This document shows positions 11,565-23,209 of a stretch of DNA of 64,000 bases, piece by piece. Positions within the stretch are counted from its first letter, which is position 1, and every line of letters starts with the position of its first letter. A program made the position numbers and the translations under genes. The stretch covers positions 124,001 through 188,000 of the forward strand of contig NC_087245.1 in the NCBI RefSeq assembly GCF_037042905.1, given 5' to 3'. The notes under the pieces were generated by a model. It was not told the DNA's origin, searched no databases, and was given only the letters and a program-made list of their open reading frames with translations. This stretch comes from Lytechinus pictus (taxonomy: Eukaryota).

Positions 11565-13514
11565 CAGGGTGCTACATAACTTTTTTGAAGCACTTACCCA
11601 GTCGGGCAAGTAAATTTTCAAATAGTTGGAAAATACTTGCCCGAATATAGATTTCACTTGCCCGAAAAAATCCTTCAAAACAAAGTTTTATTGCTTCAAA
11701 ACAAGTTATAGCCTTATAGTTTTACATACCATACCATTGACGGCTTTAAAAATACATTTTTCAACATGACTACTGATGTACCTTGTAGTTGTATTTCTTT
11801 TTTTAAATGATTTTTATCTTGAATATCACGACAAAATAAATGGTAAATATGCTCTTTAATTAATTTCCTAATCTCAAATATTTTCCATATATTTTGGAGG
11901 GGACTAGGACACAATAAAAAAAGGGGAAATCACTGAAAATAACCAGAGAAAAAAAATGAAGAGAGGGGGAGAGAATGAAAGAAAAAAAAGTAAGAAGACA
12001 GAAAGGACGAAGATATAAAGGAAGGAACAAAGAAAAAATAGAAAAAAAAAGAAATAAAGAGAGAGAGAGAATGGCTGCGGGGAAGAGAAAGATGGAAAGA
12101 AAGAAAGGAAGAAAGAAGGGAAAGGAGGATGGAAAGATAAAAGAAAGAAAGAAAAAAAATAGGAAAACAATGTGAGGAAAGAAAGAAGGAAGATAGGAAG
12201 AAAGAAAAAGTATAAGGATAGATGGAAGGAAGGGAAAAAAAGAAAAGAAAGATACAACGAAAGACAGAAAGAAATGAAAGAAGGAATGAAGGAAAGATAT
12301 GAAGGAAGGCAGAAAGAAAAAATAAGGAAGAAAAGAAAGGATGGATGGAAAAAAGAAAGATCAAAAGAACGAAAGACAGAAATAAAGAAAAACAGAAAGA
12401 AAGAAGGAAAGGAAGGAGAAAGAACGAATGAAAGACAAAAAGAAAGGAAGGAATGAAGGAAAGAAATAAAGAAAGAAAAGAAAGAATGAAAGGGATGAAG
12501 AAAGTAAGGAAGAAAAAGACAGGAAGAAAAGGTAAATAATGGATGGATGGACGGAAGGAAGGAAGACAGTAAGAAAGAATGAAAGGAAGGGGAAAAAGAA
12601 GGATTAAAGAAAGAGGTAAACAAAGGTTGGATGGAAGGAAGAAAGAAAAAAGATAGAAAGAAAAGAATGACAAAAAGAAAGACAGCTATAGTAACAGAAA
12701 AAATGAACAAAAGAAGGAAGGAAATTTAAAGAAATAAAGAGAGATTCAAAAGAAGGAAAGATAGGCAGAAAGAAAGAAAATAGAGAGGAAGAAAGCTCAA
12801 ACTATCCAGTCATAAATAAAGAAGAAAATTTATCAATTTCCTTGGCTAAAAAAAATAGCTACGAAAGAAACCACGTTTATCAACATACACACAAATGCAT
12901 ATGTGGGACTGTCAAACGATGTATTTCAGTGTGTGCGATACAGACGATCGTTCGAAACCCGATCTTTTTTAAGCATAACAGAAGTAAAAAATTCTCCTTT
13001 TACTGCTTACAAATGACAGAGCTATCCCAATTTTTCGGAAATATGAACATTACAAGAATTTTCATTGGTGAGAAATGTGAATTTTGACAGTTCTGTGGGA
13101 GATTCTTCCATAGCAAACTTCGTTCGTGCAACACTGTACACCGTAGAAACTTTACTAAATGCATCGGCTGCGTGGACTAGGCGCTAGCTAGCTAGGTATG
13201 CTAGACTGCCATTGATTCTGTGTGTGTGTACGTCTCTGAGCTGTGTGTTTATTGCAGAAAATGCCGCAAATTTTGCAATTCGAATTATAAACTTTTTTGA
13301 AAGAAGAAATTAATGATATTGCTTTTTTTTGTCTCTTTTTCTTTTCTATATTTTGATGGTGAAATATGGGGAATCTTTCTTAAATATAATTTCCATAGGA
13401 GAATTTTGCTTGCCCGATTCGGGCAAGCAGTTTTTGTCTTTGCTTCAAAACACTTGCCCGACTCTAACTTTTACTTGCCCCGGGCAATCGGGCAAGCGCT
13501 TATGTCGCACCCTG
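11565..13514. mobile_element. Non-autonomous hAT-like element with 5-bp TSD (hAT5-type) and polypurine interior
   Basis: TIR CAGGGTGCTACATAA / TTATGTCGCACCCTG; TSD AACTT on both sides; CTTGCCCG subterminal repeats; inserted just inside another CAGGGGCG-ended repeat starting near 11510. Confidence 0.85.
11910..12830 (+). repeat. GA-rich low-complexity tract
   Basis: Almost pure purine strand (GAAA, GGAA, GGAT units). Confidence 0.95.
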
Positions 13515-15854
13515 AACTTTCCAAAGGCGCTCGATATCACACAAAACAAACAAACTCACACAAACACACATATGCATATATATATTTATATGACTCATGA
13601 GATAGAAACACATATCTCACCATCAAATTAATGCGAGCGCGAAGCGCGAGCTGAAATTTTTTAGTATACTGACCTGAAAACAGGAAAAAGGTGCCTGTTT
13701 AGGACTGTTTGTAGTAACTCATGAGGAGGATACATATCTCACTACACAGATAATGCGAGTGCCGAGGACGAGCTGAAATTTCTTTATATTCTGACCAGAA
13801 AGCTTGATATTCTATGCATTTTTGGTACCAATGATTAAGATGGGTATCTAAAAAAACAATAGATGCGATCTGAAAAAAAATGACAGTTTAATGGACGTTT
13901 GTAATAAAGAACAAGATTATATCCAGCAAAAGATTATTGCAAATCGAAGAGGGAGTTCTTTTGACGTTTAGTCCTGAAAAAGGGACATTCTATTCACCTA
14001 TTTAATCATGAAAAGTATAGGGTTCTGCTACAGAAATGATTTTTATATTCCAATCTGAGAAGCGGATAATTTAAGCACGATTTTAAATAAAGAATGAGTT
14101 GTGTAGCTCAATCTCAATATACGACTGGTTGCGTAATTATACACTCCCGGTACTGAGCATGATCGGTTAAGGGTTAGCATTGAGGTGAAATTTTTTTTTA
14201 TAGATATTTTTATCAAAATTGCTTTTAAGATAATCTTTGATATCTCAGGTTTCAAAGAACTCAGTTTCATGAAGATTGATAAATCCGAAAGTACTGGAAT
14301 AGTCCATTTTATTTGTGGGGGTGCTATTACCTCTCATCACGGACGGACATTTTTACTCAAATTAAATTCTCTCTAGTTTTATTGTTTTTAAAGTTATTCT
14401 AATTTGGTTTGGATGTTCTTGCACTCTGAACATTAATCTATTATCAAACATAAATTAGTAGAAAAAAAATATTGGGAAGTAATTTTTTTTGGTAGAACAT
14501 TTCCATTTTGAAATTTCCGTCCGTGATGAAAAAAAATATAAAAAGTTTTTTAATTTTTTATCAGAATAGAAATAAAAAATAAAAAGGTGTAGAGGTATCT
14601 CACTACACACTATACATCATTTTATTTGAACATAGCTGAAATCCATACATTTTATCCATATCATAAACTCAATCAAAAATGATCACGGACGGACATTAAT
14701 TTCATCACGGACGGAAAATGTAAATTCACTCAAATTCAATTCACTCTAGTTTTATTGTTTTCAAAGTTACTCCAATTTGGTTTGGATTTTCTTGTACTCT
14801 TAGCATTAATCTATCATCAAACATAAATTAGTAGAAAAAATATGGGAAGTAAATTTTTCTGGTAGATGTCAACATTCCATTTTGAAATTTCCATCCATGA
14901 TGAAATTAATGTCCGTCCGTGATCATTTTTATTGAGTTTATGATATGGATAATATGTATGGATTCAGCTTTTTATTCTTTATCAGAATAGAAACAAAAAT
15001 AGAAGTGTGTAGAAGCATCTCACTAGACACTGTACATCATTTCATTTGAATATATCTAAAATCCATACATTTTATCCATATCATAAATCAATCAAAATAA
15101 TCGCAGACGGAATAAATTTCATCACGGACAGACAATGAGCAAATACTGAGCAGATTATGAATTTAATTTTAGTTCCAATTTGCAGTGAAAAATGGTACTG
15201 AGAATTATTCAGAACTCAAATGGATGGAAACCTACAACTCTTCACAATTTTTTGTGAAATCTTTCTTTGGCTGTTATTGGGGCTTAATTGTTGTCAGGAA
15301 TTTTTTTAAAAACATAATGCAGATAGAGTTGGAAGCTACATGTATGCCAAAAAGCAGGAAATGAAATAGAGCAAGAATAAGTCAAAAGCTGTATATTTCA
15401 TCAATTGAAGCTTGCAGAAAGTGATGGAAAAGAAGAAAGTAGAATGCATATTCTGATAAGCAGGAAAGAAAAAAAATCATTTTTTCCATGTACAAACCTA
15501 TGGATTCACAATGCTTCTAACAGAACATGACATCACGTCCTTGAGGCTTGTGAAAAGTACAAGAATTCCTTTTTTTAAAGTCTGTTTTGGAGCTAATTTT
15601 GAGCAAATTGTTGATCTGGTAATCTTGAAAATGCATGCAATTCATATAAAGCTTGCACTGCAGTGTTTAGAAGTTTAATTGGTATCTGATTTCAATTTTG
15701 GATTCGGTCAGGGCCTAAATACATGAGGGCTGTTGATGTGAAGGGGTGTCTCCACTTTAATATGGACAAAAGATGAATTTGAAGAGAGCCTGGACAAGTG
15801 TTGTGGTCGTACTTGATCCACCAAACAAGCATAATGATCAGCAACCTGTGAATA

Positions 15855-18275
15855 CTGTAAAACCGGTAATTTTCGCGCGATTAAATTTTCGCGCCAGCGA
15901 ACGCTAACAACATATTCGCGGGATGTTGTTTTCGCGCACGAGAAATATCGGTCAATGGCTGTCATAATGTCACCGCATGGTAAAGCACACGTGTTTCATA
16001 GCAGCGGTGTTGAATGACCGTGCGCAAAAGGTTTTTAAATGCCTGTGCGAATTATGTCACAATACACAACAGCGCACGTGTTCAGTGCCGAGATTGAGTG
16101 AGTGTATGGGGTGAATATGTACTCACCGATGCAGACAGTCTTTCTCCAGTCTCCAAATGCTTGTAGATTGAAATTCCATGCAGCTCCAGTAAATTGCAAA
16201 GCAAATATATTCCAAGATAAATCCACGTTAGTTCCAAAATGTATCCAATAAATGGTCCAAATGGTAAAAAAAGTTCAAAAAAAGTTAGTTTATGAAGTTC
16301 AACATATCTTTAAAAAGTTACATGTGTCTGACCATGGACATGGTCTGACTTGGTCGAAGAAGTAAACAAGTTCACAGACAGTTAGTTCATGAAGTTCAAC
16401 ATATTTACATATTTACAAAGCTTGTTCATGAGTTTAGTTTACTCCCAATCACCATCCTCAGCATCACTGTCGTCAAATGCTGGAACTGGCTCTTTCCTTG
16501 CATTCTCAACAGCTTTCGCTATTCCAGTTTTAGTAAATCCCTGTTTGATGAGCTCAGTTTCATGATTGATGGCATCTTGAACTCGAATCAGCCACTGAGC
16601 ATGTACTGGCTTGATGTTGCTGGTGCGTAGATCCACAGATTTTGCGATCTCTTCGATTTCTTTGCCTTGTTCAAGACCACTGGTAATTTTCTGCGAGTAC
16701 CACTCTTGAAATTGACCACGCATTAGGTCCTTGTACTTGCCGTTGACTGTGGCGTCAAGTGGCTGCAACTGATCTGTGCATTTAGCGGGGACATACACGG
16801 ACAATGCACCTGATTCTTCAATCTTCTTGCGCATGTCATCAGTTCTGTGAGCACGGAAGACGTCAAATATCAGCAGTGGTTTTGCTGTGGTGTTAAGCTG
16901 CTCCTGGGTATGCTTCACGTATGGAATTATTATTTTGTCTAAATATTGTCCCATAGTCTCAGAATTGCTCCAATGTGAAGCCGTATGTGTAACATCCCAA
17001 TCCTCTGGAAAGGCGATATTTGGGTGACATCTGTCAGTTGTGCCTTGGTAGATGATCTGAGGTGGTAGCATTTTTCCTGACATGGTGCAGGCGAGCAGTG
17101 CAGTATACTGACATTTGTCGTCGATGCCTTTCACATCGATTTGTTTGTCACCCCTTTGGTTGAGTGTCCAATTTCCACTAGGTACAACTTCGACCGCCGT
17201 TTGGTCCCAGTTTATTATTAACTCGTTCGGGATTTCGTATTTTCGAACACGGCGTCCAATACGGCGATGAAATTTGCCTTCGATGATATCGAATTCTTCT
17301 GGCAGTTGCTTGGCGGATTTTGTTCCTTTTCTTTTGACATAGTTCATACGCTGAAGAATGCTGCGAGCCCATGATTTCTCAAGTTTTGATGGGCCTCCAT
17401 ATTCTGCCAATATAGGAGGATTGGATTTCTTAAACAAGCCTTTTGCTGTAGCAATCACAACCCTGGTCGAAACAACACCTCCAGATTCACGAATACTCCG
17501 GATAAATCGCTTCACCTGTTGATCAGCCTCTTGTGTAAGCAGCAGCGGTCGGCCCCGTGGTTGTTTCGGAAGATGTGTCACAGCTTCCTCCGGTGCAGAT
17601 CCTTTCACTTTGAGATACGCCTTTTTCATACCTCTCACAGTACTTTCATTTATTGGTCTCTCCAACTCCTTTGTGAATTTTTTAGAAGCTGCGATAACAC
17701 CATTTTCTGCTGCATACTTTCCAATTTTAGCCCTTATCTCAGCAGTGTAATGGGTATATTCACCCCGCTTTCGCTTTCGATTGTGTGCTCCATTGCTGGT
17801 GCTAGGCTCTTCAAGTTTCAAAATCTCCTCGTTTGCTGCATTTGCCATGGCGCTGTCAATCCCTGATTCAGTCAGCTTTTTGTTGTCAGGCTTTGGTAGA
17901 CACTGCTTCAAACTGTCAGATTTACTAACAGGTTTGAAATAGCGATACATTTTGGTTTCCTTTTTCTTACGTAAGTACGAAATTGAAATTGTGCAGCACT
18001 GAACTGTAAAGCATGGAATTCGGAAGTGCATTGACAGTGACGGGTTTCGCCCTCTCCCCTTTGTTTTAAGCAGGTCGGAGGTCATGCCTAATAAGGAAAA
18101 GGGAATCCCCATTGAAGCGTTCGCGAGTCGGACTGCCTAAAAATAGCACGTTGTTGACAAGATGTAAAATCAATGCGTGTGATTTTAAATTGGCGGTGAT
18201 GTTAAATTCGCGCTTGCTGTGAGCTGCGCGAAAAGCGCGAAAATAAATGTCGCGCGAAAATTACCGGTTTTACAG
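15855..18275 (-). mobile_element. Full-length pogo-superfamily DNA transposon (DD35D, Passer-like)
   Basis: Perfect 26-bp TIR CTGTAAAACCGGTAATTTTCGCGCGA at 15855-15880 and 18250-18275, TA on both flanks, one uninterrupted transposase ORF. Confidence 0.95.
16439..17950 (-). CDS. Pogo/Tigger-type DDE_1 transposase (503 aa from MYRYFKP; the ORF extends upstream to 18112)
   Basis: Basic NLS-like RKRKR, N-terminal HTH (YTAEIRAKIGKYAAENG), GRP motif, CENP-B-like second HTH, catalytic NWDQT / LLIFDVFRAH / QLQPLD with 35 residues between the second and third Asp, acidic C-terminus. Confidence 0.93.
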   Translation of the reverse strand: MYRYFKPVSKSDSLKQCLPKPDNKKLTESGIDSAMANAANEEILKLEEPSTSNGAHNRKRKRGEYTHYTAEIRAKIGKYAAENGVIAASKKFTKELERPINESTVRGMKKAYLKVKGSAPEEAVTHLPKQPRGRPLLLTQEADQQVKRFIRSIRESGGVVSTRVVIATAKGLFKKSNPPILAEYGGPSKLEKSWARSILQRMNYVKRKGTKSAKQLPEEFDIIEGKFHRRIGRRVRKYEIPNELIINWDQTAVEVVPSGNWTLNQRGDKQIDVKGIDDKCQYTALLACTMSGKMLPPQIIYQGTTDRCHPNIAFPEDWDVTHTASHWSNSETMGQYLDKIIIPYVKHTQEQLNTTAKPLLIFDVFRAHRTDDMRKKIEESGALSVYVPAKCTDQLQPLDATVNGKYKDLMRGQFQEWYSQKITSGLEQGKEIEEIAKSVDLRTSNIKPVHAQWLIRVQDAINHETELIKQGFTKTGIAKAVENARKEPVPAFDDSDAEDGDWE

Positions 18276-19203
18276 TATTTTGGATTTACTTTATGGACAT
18301 AAAAAAAATATGTGCTCTTTGAAAATTAATGCCTAAAAATGTATGAACATGTATCATCATGATATATCATAAAAAGTATCAACATGATCATTGATCCACT
18401 GGATGTTGATTTGGTACCAACTATAGTATTCTCTAAATTTAAAAGAAGACAATGTGCATTAGGATATTTGATTTTGAAAAGAACTGTGTTTAAAAGCAAT
18501 CATATGGCTAGATTATTTTGTGTGTCTAGCATAGAAATCATGTTGCTACAACTTAAATCAAGTTGTAGCAACTTGATTGTGCAACTAATATTGTTGAATC
18601 ATATAAAAAATGTACAAATCATCAATACAATAGCATTTGTTCCCCCAAACAAGTAATAAGAACTTCTTACAAGGTACTTCCAATGTATTTTAATTGTGTC
18701 CGTCCGTGATGTCCGTCCGAGATGTCCGTCCGAGATGGAAAATATTTGCAATTCTCTCAGAAGTTTGATATTGGTTAAGAATTCAATATGCTGAACATAG
18801 AAGCTAACAATCCTGAGTGTAAGTTGCATTAACAATTATTGGTCAAAGTTAAGCTATTTAGATAGAAACAATAAAAATGTTCAAAGATTCTGAAAACCAC
18901 ATTTCTATCATGTCCGTCCGTGATATGGCACATTTAGTGGCTACCTATGTTTGTAGGTAACCATGGCAACAAACTTTTTTCATCATTCAGCATACTTTGT
19001 CCTACCCTTCACTATAAAACACAAAGGAACCATGTTCATCTTATTCCTAATTTGTTACAAGCCTTCAAAGTTTTCAAAATCTGTCAAATGTCCGTCCGTG
19101 AAGAACCGATCACGCTCACCTAGCAATGGGTTTTAGCAAAGTTTTTGGCTAAAATATCGAATCATCTTCATAAAACACTATAGTACATGAAGCTGTCTTA
19201 TAA

Positions 19204-19598
19204 AGGTAAATGCTAGTTTTGGTAACGATATCAAAATGAGTTCATACAGAATCCAACGAAATGACCACCAAAGTGTCTGTTTGTATAAATAAAACGCATG
19301 TGCCAAAGGATTCTGGAAGAAATTGTGTAATTGCTGAGAAATCAGCAAATAAGCACAGGATTCGGGTAGAACGTCGGGCCCGACGCTCAAAGCAATAATT
19401 ATACAATGTCCCACGTGCGCTTATCTGTGTTGGGTAAGTTCAGTCTGAACATTTTTCAGCGTAGATTTCAAGATTTCACAAAGTTCAGTTTATGTAACTG
19501 TACCAGATCTAGATCCTCGATGATATACTGACAATTAAGCCTGGTTTTACAGACTTTCTCATGAAATCAGTGTTTACTGCAACTACTGGAATTTCTCT
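19204..19598. mobile_element. ~395-bp TTAA-site MITE (Kolobok-like), copy 1
   Basis: AGGTAAATGCTAGT ... ACTGGAATTTCTCT with flanks ATAA/TTAA; close reverse-complement match to 26803-27197. Confidence 0.85.
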
Positions 19599-19854
19599 TT
19601 AAACTAAAGGCCATAGCGATGGCACAATGTGGAATGTGTAAAGAAGAAAAGTGACTGACCTTCTTTTTATTAAAGCATTGGAAAATAAAATCAAAATTAA
19701 AGGATTTGCTGTACGCTTTTGTATGATTCTGGGATTTTTAAAATAAATTAAAGATTTCATGACATCTGTCATTCTGTGGGCAACTGCCCCGCCCCAGTCC
19801 ACTTTGTAAAGGCATGCGATAAGCTTTGTTATGACCATTCAACAATAAAATGTA

Positions 19855-20560
19855 TAACCAGGTGCCGCTGATCATTCTTGACCGGCGCCAATCTAGATTT
19901 GGTTGGCAATAGGCCCTTCTTCATTATTCTACCGGCGCCTATTTATTGGAACCAGGGGACGCTGATTATTCTTGACCGGCGCCGATTTAGAACAAGTAGT
20001 GCTGATTATTTTTACCGACGTCACGTAAGATTCAGGCAGCGGCAATACATAATTGACTTGCGCCGATTATTCTTGACTGGCGCCGATTTTTAACCAGGTG
20101 GTGCTGATTATTCTTGTCCGGCGCCGATTTAGATTTAGGTGTAGCTGATTATTCTTGATCGGCGCCGGTTAAGACTCAGGCAGCGCCGATTTATAACCAG
20201 ATGGCGCTGATTATTCTTGACCAGCCCCGATTTAGATATAGGTGGCGCTGATTATCCTTGATCGGCGCCGGTTACGAACTCAGGCAGCGCCGATTTTTCT
20301 GTACCGGCGCTGATTTATAACCAGATGGCGCCGATTATTTTTATCTGGTGCCGATTTAGATTTAGGTGGCGCAGATTATCCTTGATCGGCGCCGGTTAAG
20401 ACTCTGGCAGTGGCGATTTTTCTCGACTGGCGCCGATTTATAACCAAATGGCGCTGATTATTCTTGTCCGGCGCCGATTTAGATTAAGGTGGCGCTGATT
20501 ATTCTTGGTTGGCGCCAGTTATATGCAGGCAGCGCACTGCTGATTATTTTTAACCGGCGA
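19855..20560. repeat. GC-rich minisatellite built from GGCGCCGATT / GGCGCTGATTATTCTTG units
   Basis: About 30 copies of a ~20-bp unit with higher-order repetition. Confidence 0.9.
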
Positions 20561-20663
20561 AGTTGTTGGGAAAAGGGTAGTTAAAAGAAAAGATAAGGAA
20601 GATGATATTGTGCTTTGCTGGGGATAGTCTTTCCTTACTGTTGCTAATATTATATCAGTAAAT

Positions 20664-21141
20664 AGGTGGTTTCAAACCGCCTTGATCACAAGAATCCCCG
20701 TTAAATTACGAGAACTTTTTTAGGCTGAAAAATACCCATTAATTATTCCTGCATTCACACCGCCCAGAAACATACCCTTCGGGATAAGTTCCTGAAGTTA
20801 CGAGCATGCGCAGTATGGTCTGATAAGCAGCAAGGCGCGAAATTCAAAATCACTAGCCCAGCAGCAACCCATGCACGGCGCCGCACCCAACGACACGCTG
20901 GGCTAAAAGTTCCCGTAATTTGCTTTCAGTCCGCCAAAATACCCACGACCTTGGAAAAATCCCCGCGAAAGTTCTCGTAATTTCGCCAAGTACCTACTAT
21001 TTATCGGGTATTTTCTTTCGGGGATATTACGCGTAGTTTGCTTTCACACCGCCAAAATACCTGGTATTTTCTGATCGGGGTAAATTTCCCGATCAGAGAA
21101 TACCTGGAACTGGCGAACTTCGAGGCGGTCTGAAACCACCT
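20664..21141. mobile_element. PIF/Harbinger-type MITE
   Basis: TIR AGGTGGTTTCAAACCGCC / GGCGGTCTGAAACCACCT; 3-bp TSD AAT; a longer relative lies at 46744-47570. Confidence 0.88.
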
Positions 21142-21314
21142 AATGATGTGTCTCCATTATGATGAAATAAGTTGCGGCAATAAATAACCAATGCACTTAA
21201 TTAGTTATCAATCCAATTATTTTAGTTCTCTGTAGAAAAATTTTGAAAAAACCAAATTTCATATTAAAATACAAAAGAACAAGTGGGCATATGACATCAT
21301 CAGCCCACCTAATG

Positions 21315-21616
21315 AGCGTTGTGGCCCAGTGGATTAGTCTTCTGACTTTGAAACAGAGGGTCGTGGGTTCGAATCCCAGCCGTGGCATAATTTCCTTCAG
21401 CAAGAAACTCATCCACATTGTGCTGCACTCAACCCAGGAGAGGTGAATGGGTACCCGGCAGGAAGAATTCCTTGAATGCTTGAGTGCCTAGGCAGCTCAG
21501 CTAAAGCCGGGGTAATAATAATAGCAGGGCCCGCTGGTAGAACAGTTTTTGAAACTGAAGTGGCTACACTGGGTAAATATACCTATATTGTTATTATTAT
21601 TATTATTATTATTATT
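21315..21616 (+). mobile_element. tRNA-derived SINE inserted in a TTAA-type MITE fragment
   Basis: A-box TGGCCCAGTGG, B-box GGTTCGAATCC, central CACTCAACCCAGG...GAATGGGTACCCGG, (TTA)n tail; host repeat ends at CCCTTTAA near 21779. Confidence 0.88.
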
Positions 21617-21837
21617 CATAAAGACATGCCTAGAACTGTTTTGCCGGAAAAATGCAAATCTTTAAAATTCAATAACTTTATTTGTTATCCGATTTTGATC
21701 AAATTTTCAGCATTTTGCTTTGTGAATCATACTCTATTTATTGAGATATAAATATCTCCAGCATGGACCATCCCTTTAAGTTTTTTTTACTGAATATTGT
21801 TTCAAACAAATCTGAGCATTTGATTTTAATATTTCAG

Positions 21838-21991
21838 GGTTCTGATGTACAAGATGTCCGGGACAAGGTGAACCCAGGCGGTACCTTCAAAACCACCTTT
21901 GGTACCATACTAACATGTATTGGGTGCATGGTAGGAACCGGTAATATTTGGCGATTCCCAAGGATCTTAGCAAATAACAGCGGGGATGAAG
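21838..21991 (+). CDS. Coding exon (TM1 region) of a neurotransmitter:sodium symporter (NSS/SLC6-like) transporter
   Basis: Acceptor TTTCAG|, donor G|GTGAGA; translates GSDVQDVRDKVNPGGTFKTTFGTILTCIGCMVGTGNIWRFPRILANNSGDE, containing the NSS signature GxGNxWRFP. Confidence 0.9.
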
Positions 21992-23209
21992 GTGAGAATT
22001 TTTTTTCCAATCAGTAATACATGAATGTGCCATGGGCAAGCCTTGAAATAAGCACCTGTGAGCCGGGGGCAATTTTTTTTAAATTGCCCCCGGCTCACGG
22101 GCTTTTTACAGGAACCGGGGGCAATTTTCTGGAATCGGGGGCAATTTTAAAAAAATATATAACGGTGAACCACACCGCAAATTTGTTTATAGTAAGCGCA
22201 GCTCCTGCAATTTTTTAATTAGTACATGAATAGCATATGCTAAGTATTAGGCTTATTCAAACATTTAAGAAATCAGATTTAAATGTTAAGTGTGACTCGT
22301 CCTGTCAAAAGCAGACAGAATTCGATTTCTTTAAATATAATTTTTTTTTAGATTATGATTTTCCATTTCTCAAGCTTTAATTTGGTATATAGCACATGCT
22401 AAGGGACATAGTATTTGCTGAGAAAATAGTCTTTAAATGTCCCAGGTACGAGAGTTCATAAAAAGTATTTTTACGAGAAAATCGCTTCTGAAGTTTCGCC
22501 CGCTTTCAGACTTCTCGGAGCCTTTTTCACATGTTTCACGCGGAAACTCATCCCTTCATTGACTGAAAGTGCTTAGCAACCGTCAATGGTTTACAATAAA
22601 ATTGGGTTTTCCTGAATCCTTGAGATCTCTCCTCAAAGAAAATAAGTTTTTGTAATCGTTTCAACCATTAATTATACGTTTTCTTAAGAGAGAAATACAA
22701 GCTATTTTATTGGACAGTGACTGAGTGAGGCATTTTGCGTGGCTTTTGCCGTGTCTGGTATTGTTCTCTGTCTATTGTCACATTGTGCTTTCAGTTGCGA
22801 TTGTGCGTGGCGTCCATGTTGAATGCGGACTGAACCTTTTTTAGTCTATACCAGCGCCTGTATCGGCCCTATACTACCATGAGTCTAATCCGGGAGTTTA
22901 ATCTGCTATCTCCTCATTTTTTCTTCTCCTTCTTCTCTTCCTTCTTTTTTGAAGTTATTATCAATTTCGTGGCATCTTAAGAACTTTCATCACCTTTATG
23001 AGAAGAGTTTAAAACGTAAAATGCCGGGGTAAAATGAGTAAAGCGAACTGTGTTTATACCACCGTAAAAACCAACACACAGAGGCACACGCCGTCTTTGT
23101 TTTTATTCCGCTTTATTTTTCTTCCATGAAGGATATTTTCACATATGTGTTTCTTAAAATCATGCAAGAAGTCTAACATCCCCTCACTCATAGACCCCGC
23201 TTTTTGTTA

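Larger units (their letters stand above)
14155..19117. mobile_element. Decayed DNA transposon with GAG...CTC termini (Sola2-like, inferred); host of the pogo element
   Basis: TIR GAGCATGATCGGTT / AACCGATCACGCTC; many TCACGGACGGACA / TGTCCGTCCGTGA motifs near both ends (about 14337, 14684, 14705, 14911, 18697, 18912, 19089); no clean TSD. Confidence 0.65.

Noticed and set aside
11904..12710. 268-aa and 247-aa Phe/Ser/Leu-rich ORFs and Lys/Arg/Glu-rich ORFs on the opposite strand
   Set aside because: Translation artefacts of the GA/CT low-complexity tract; the same applies to 6618-7447
17951..18112. N-terminal 54-aa extension of the transposase ORF
   Set aside because: No transposase-like features; MYRYFKP is the more plausible start, although this is not proven
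19855..20560. Regularly spaced repeats resembling a CRISPR array
   Set aside because: No unique spacers, degenerate tandem units, no cas genes, eukaryotic context
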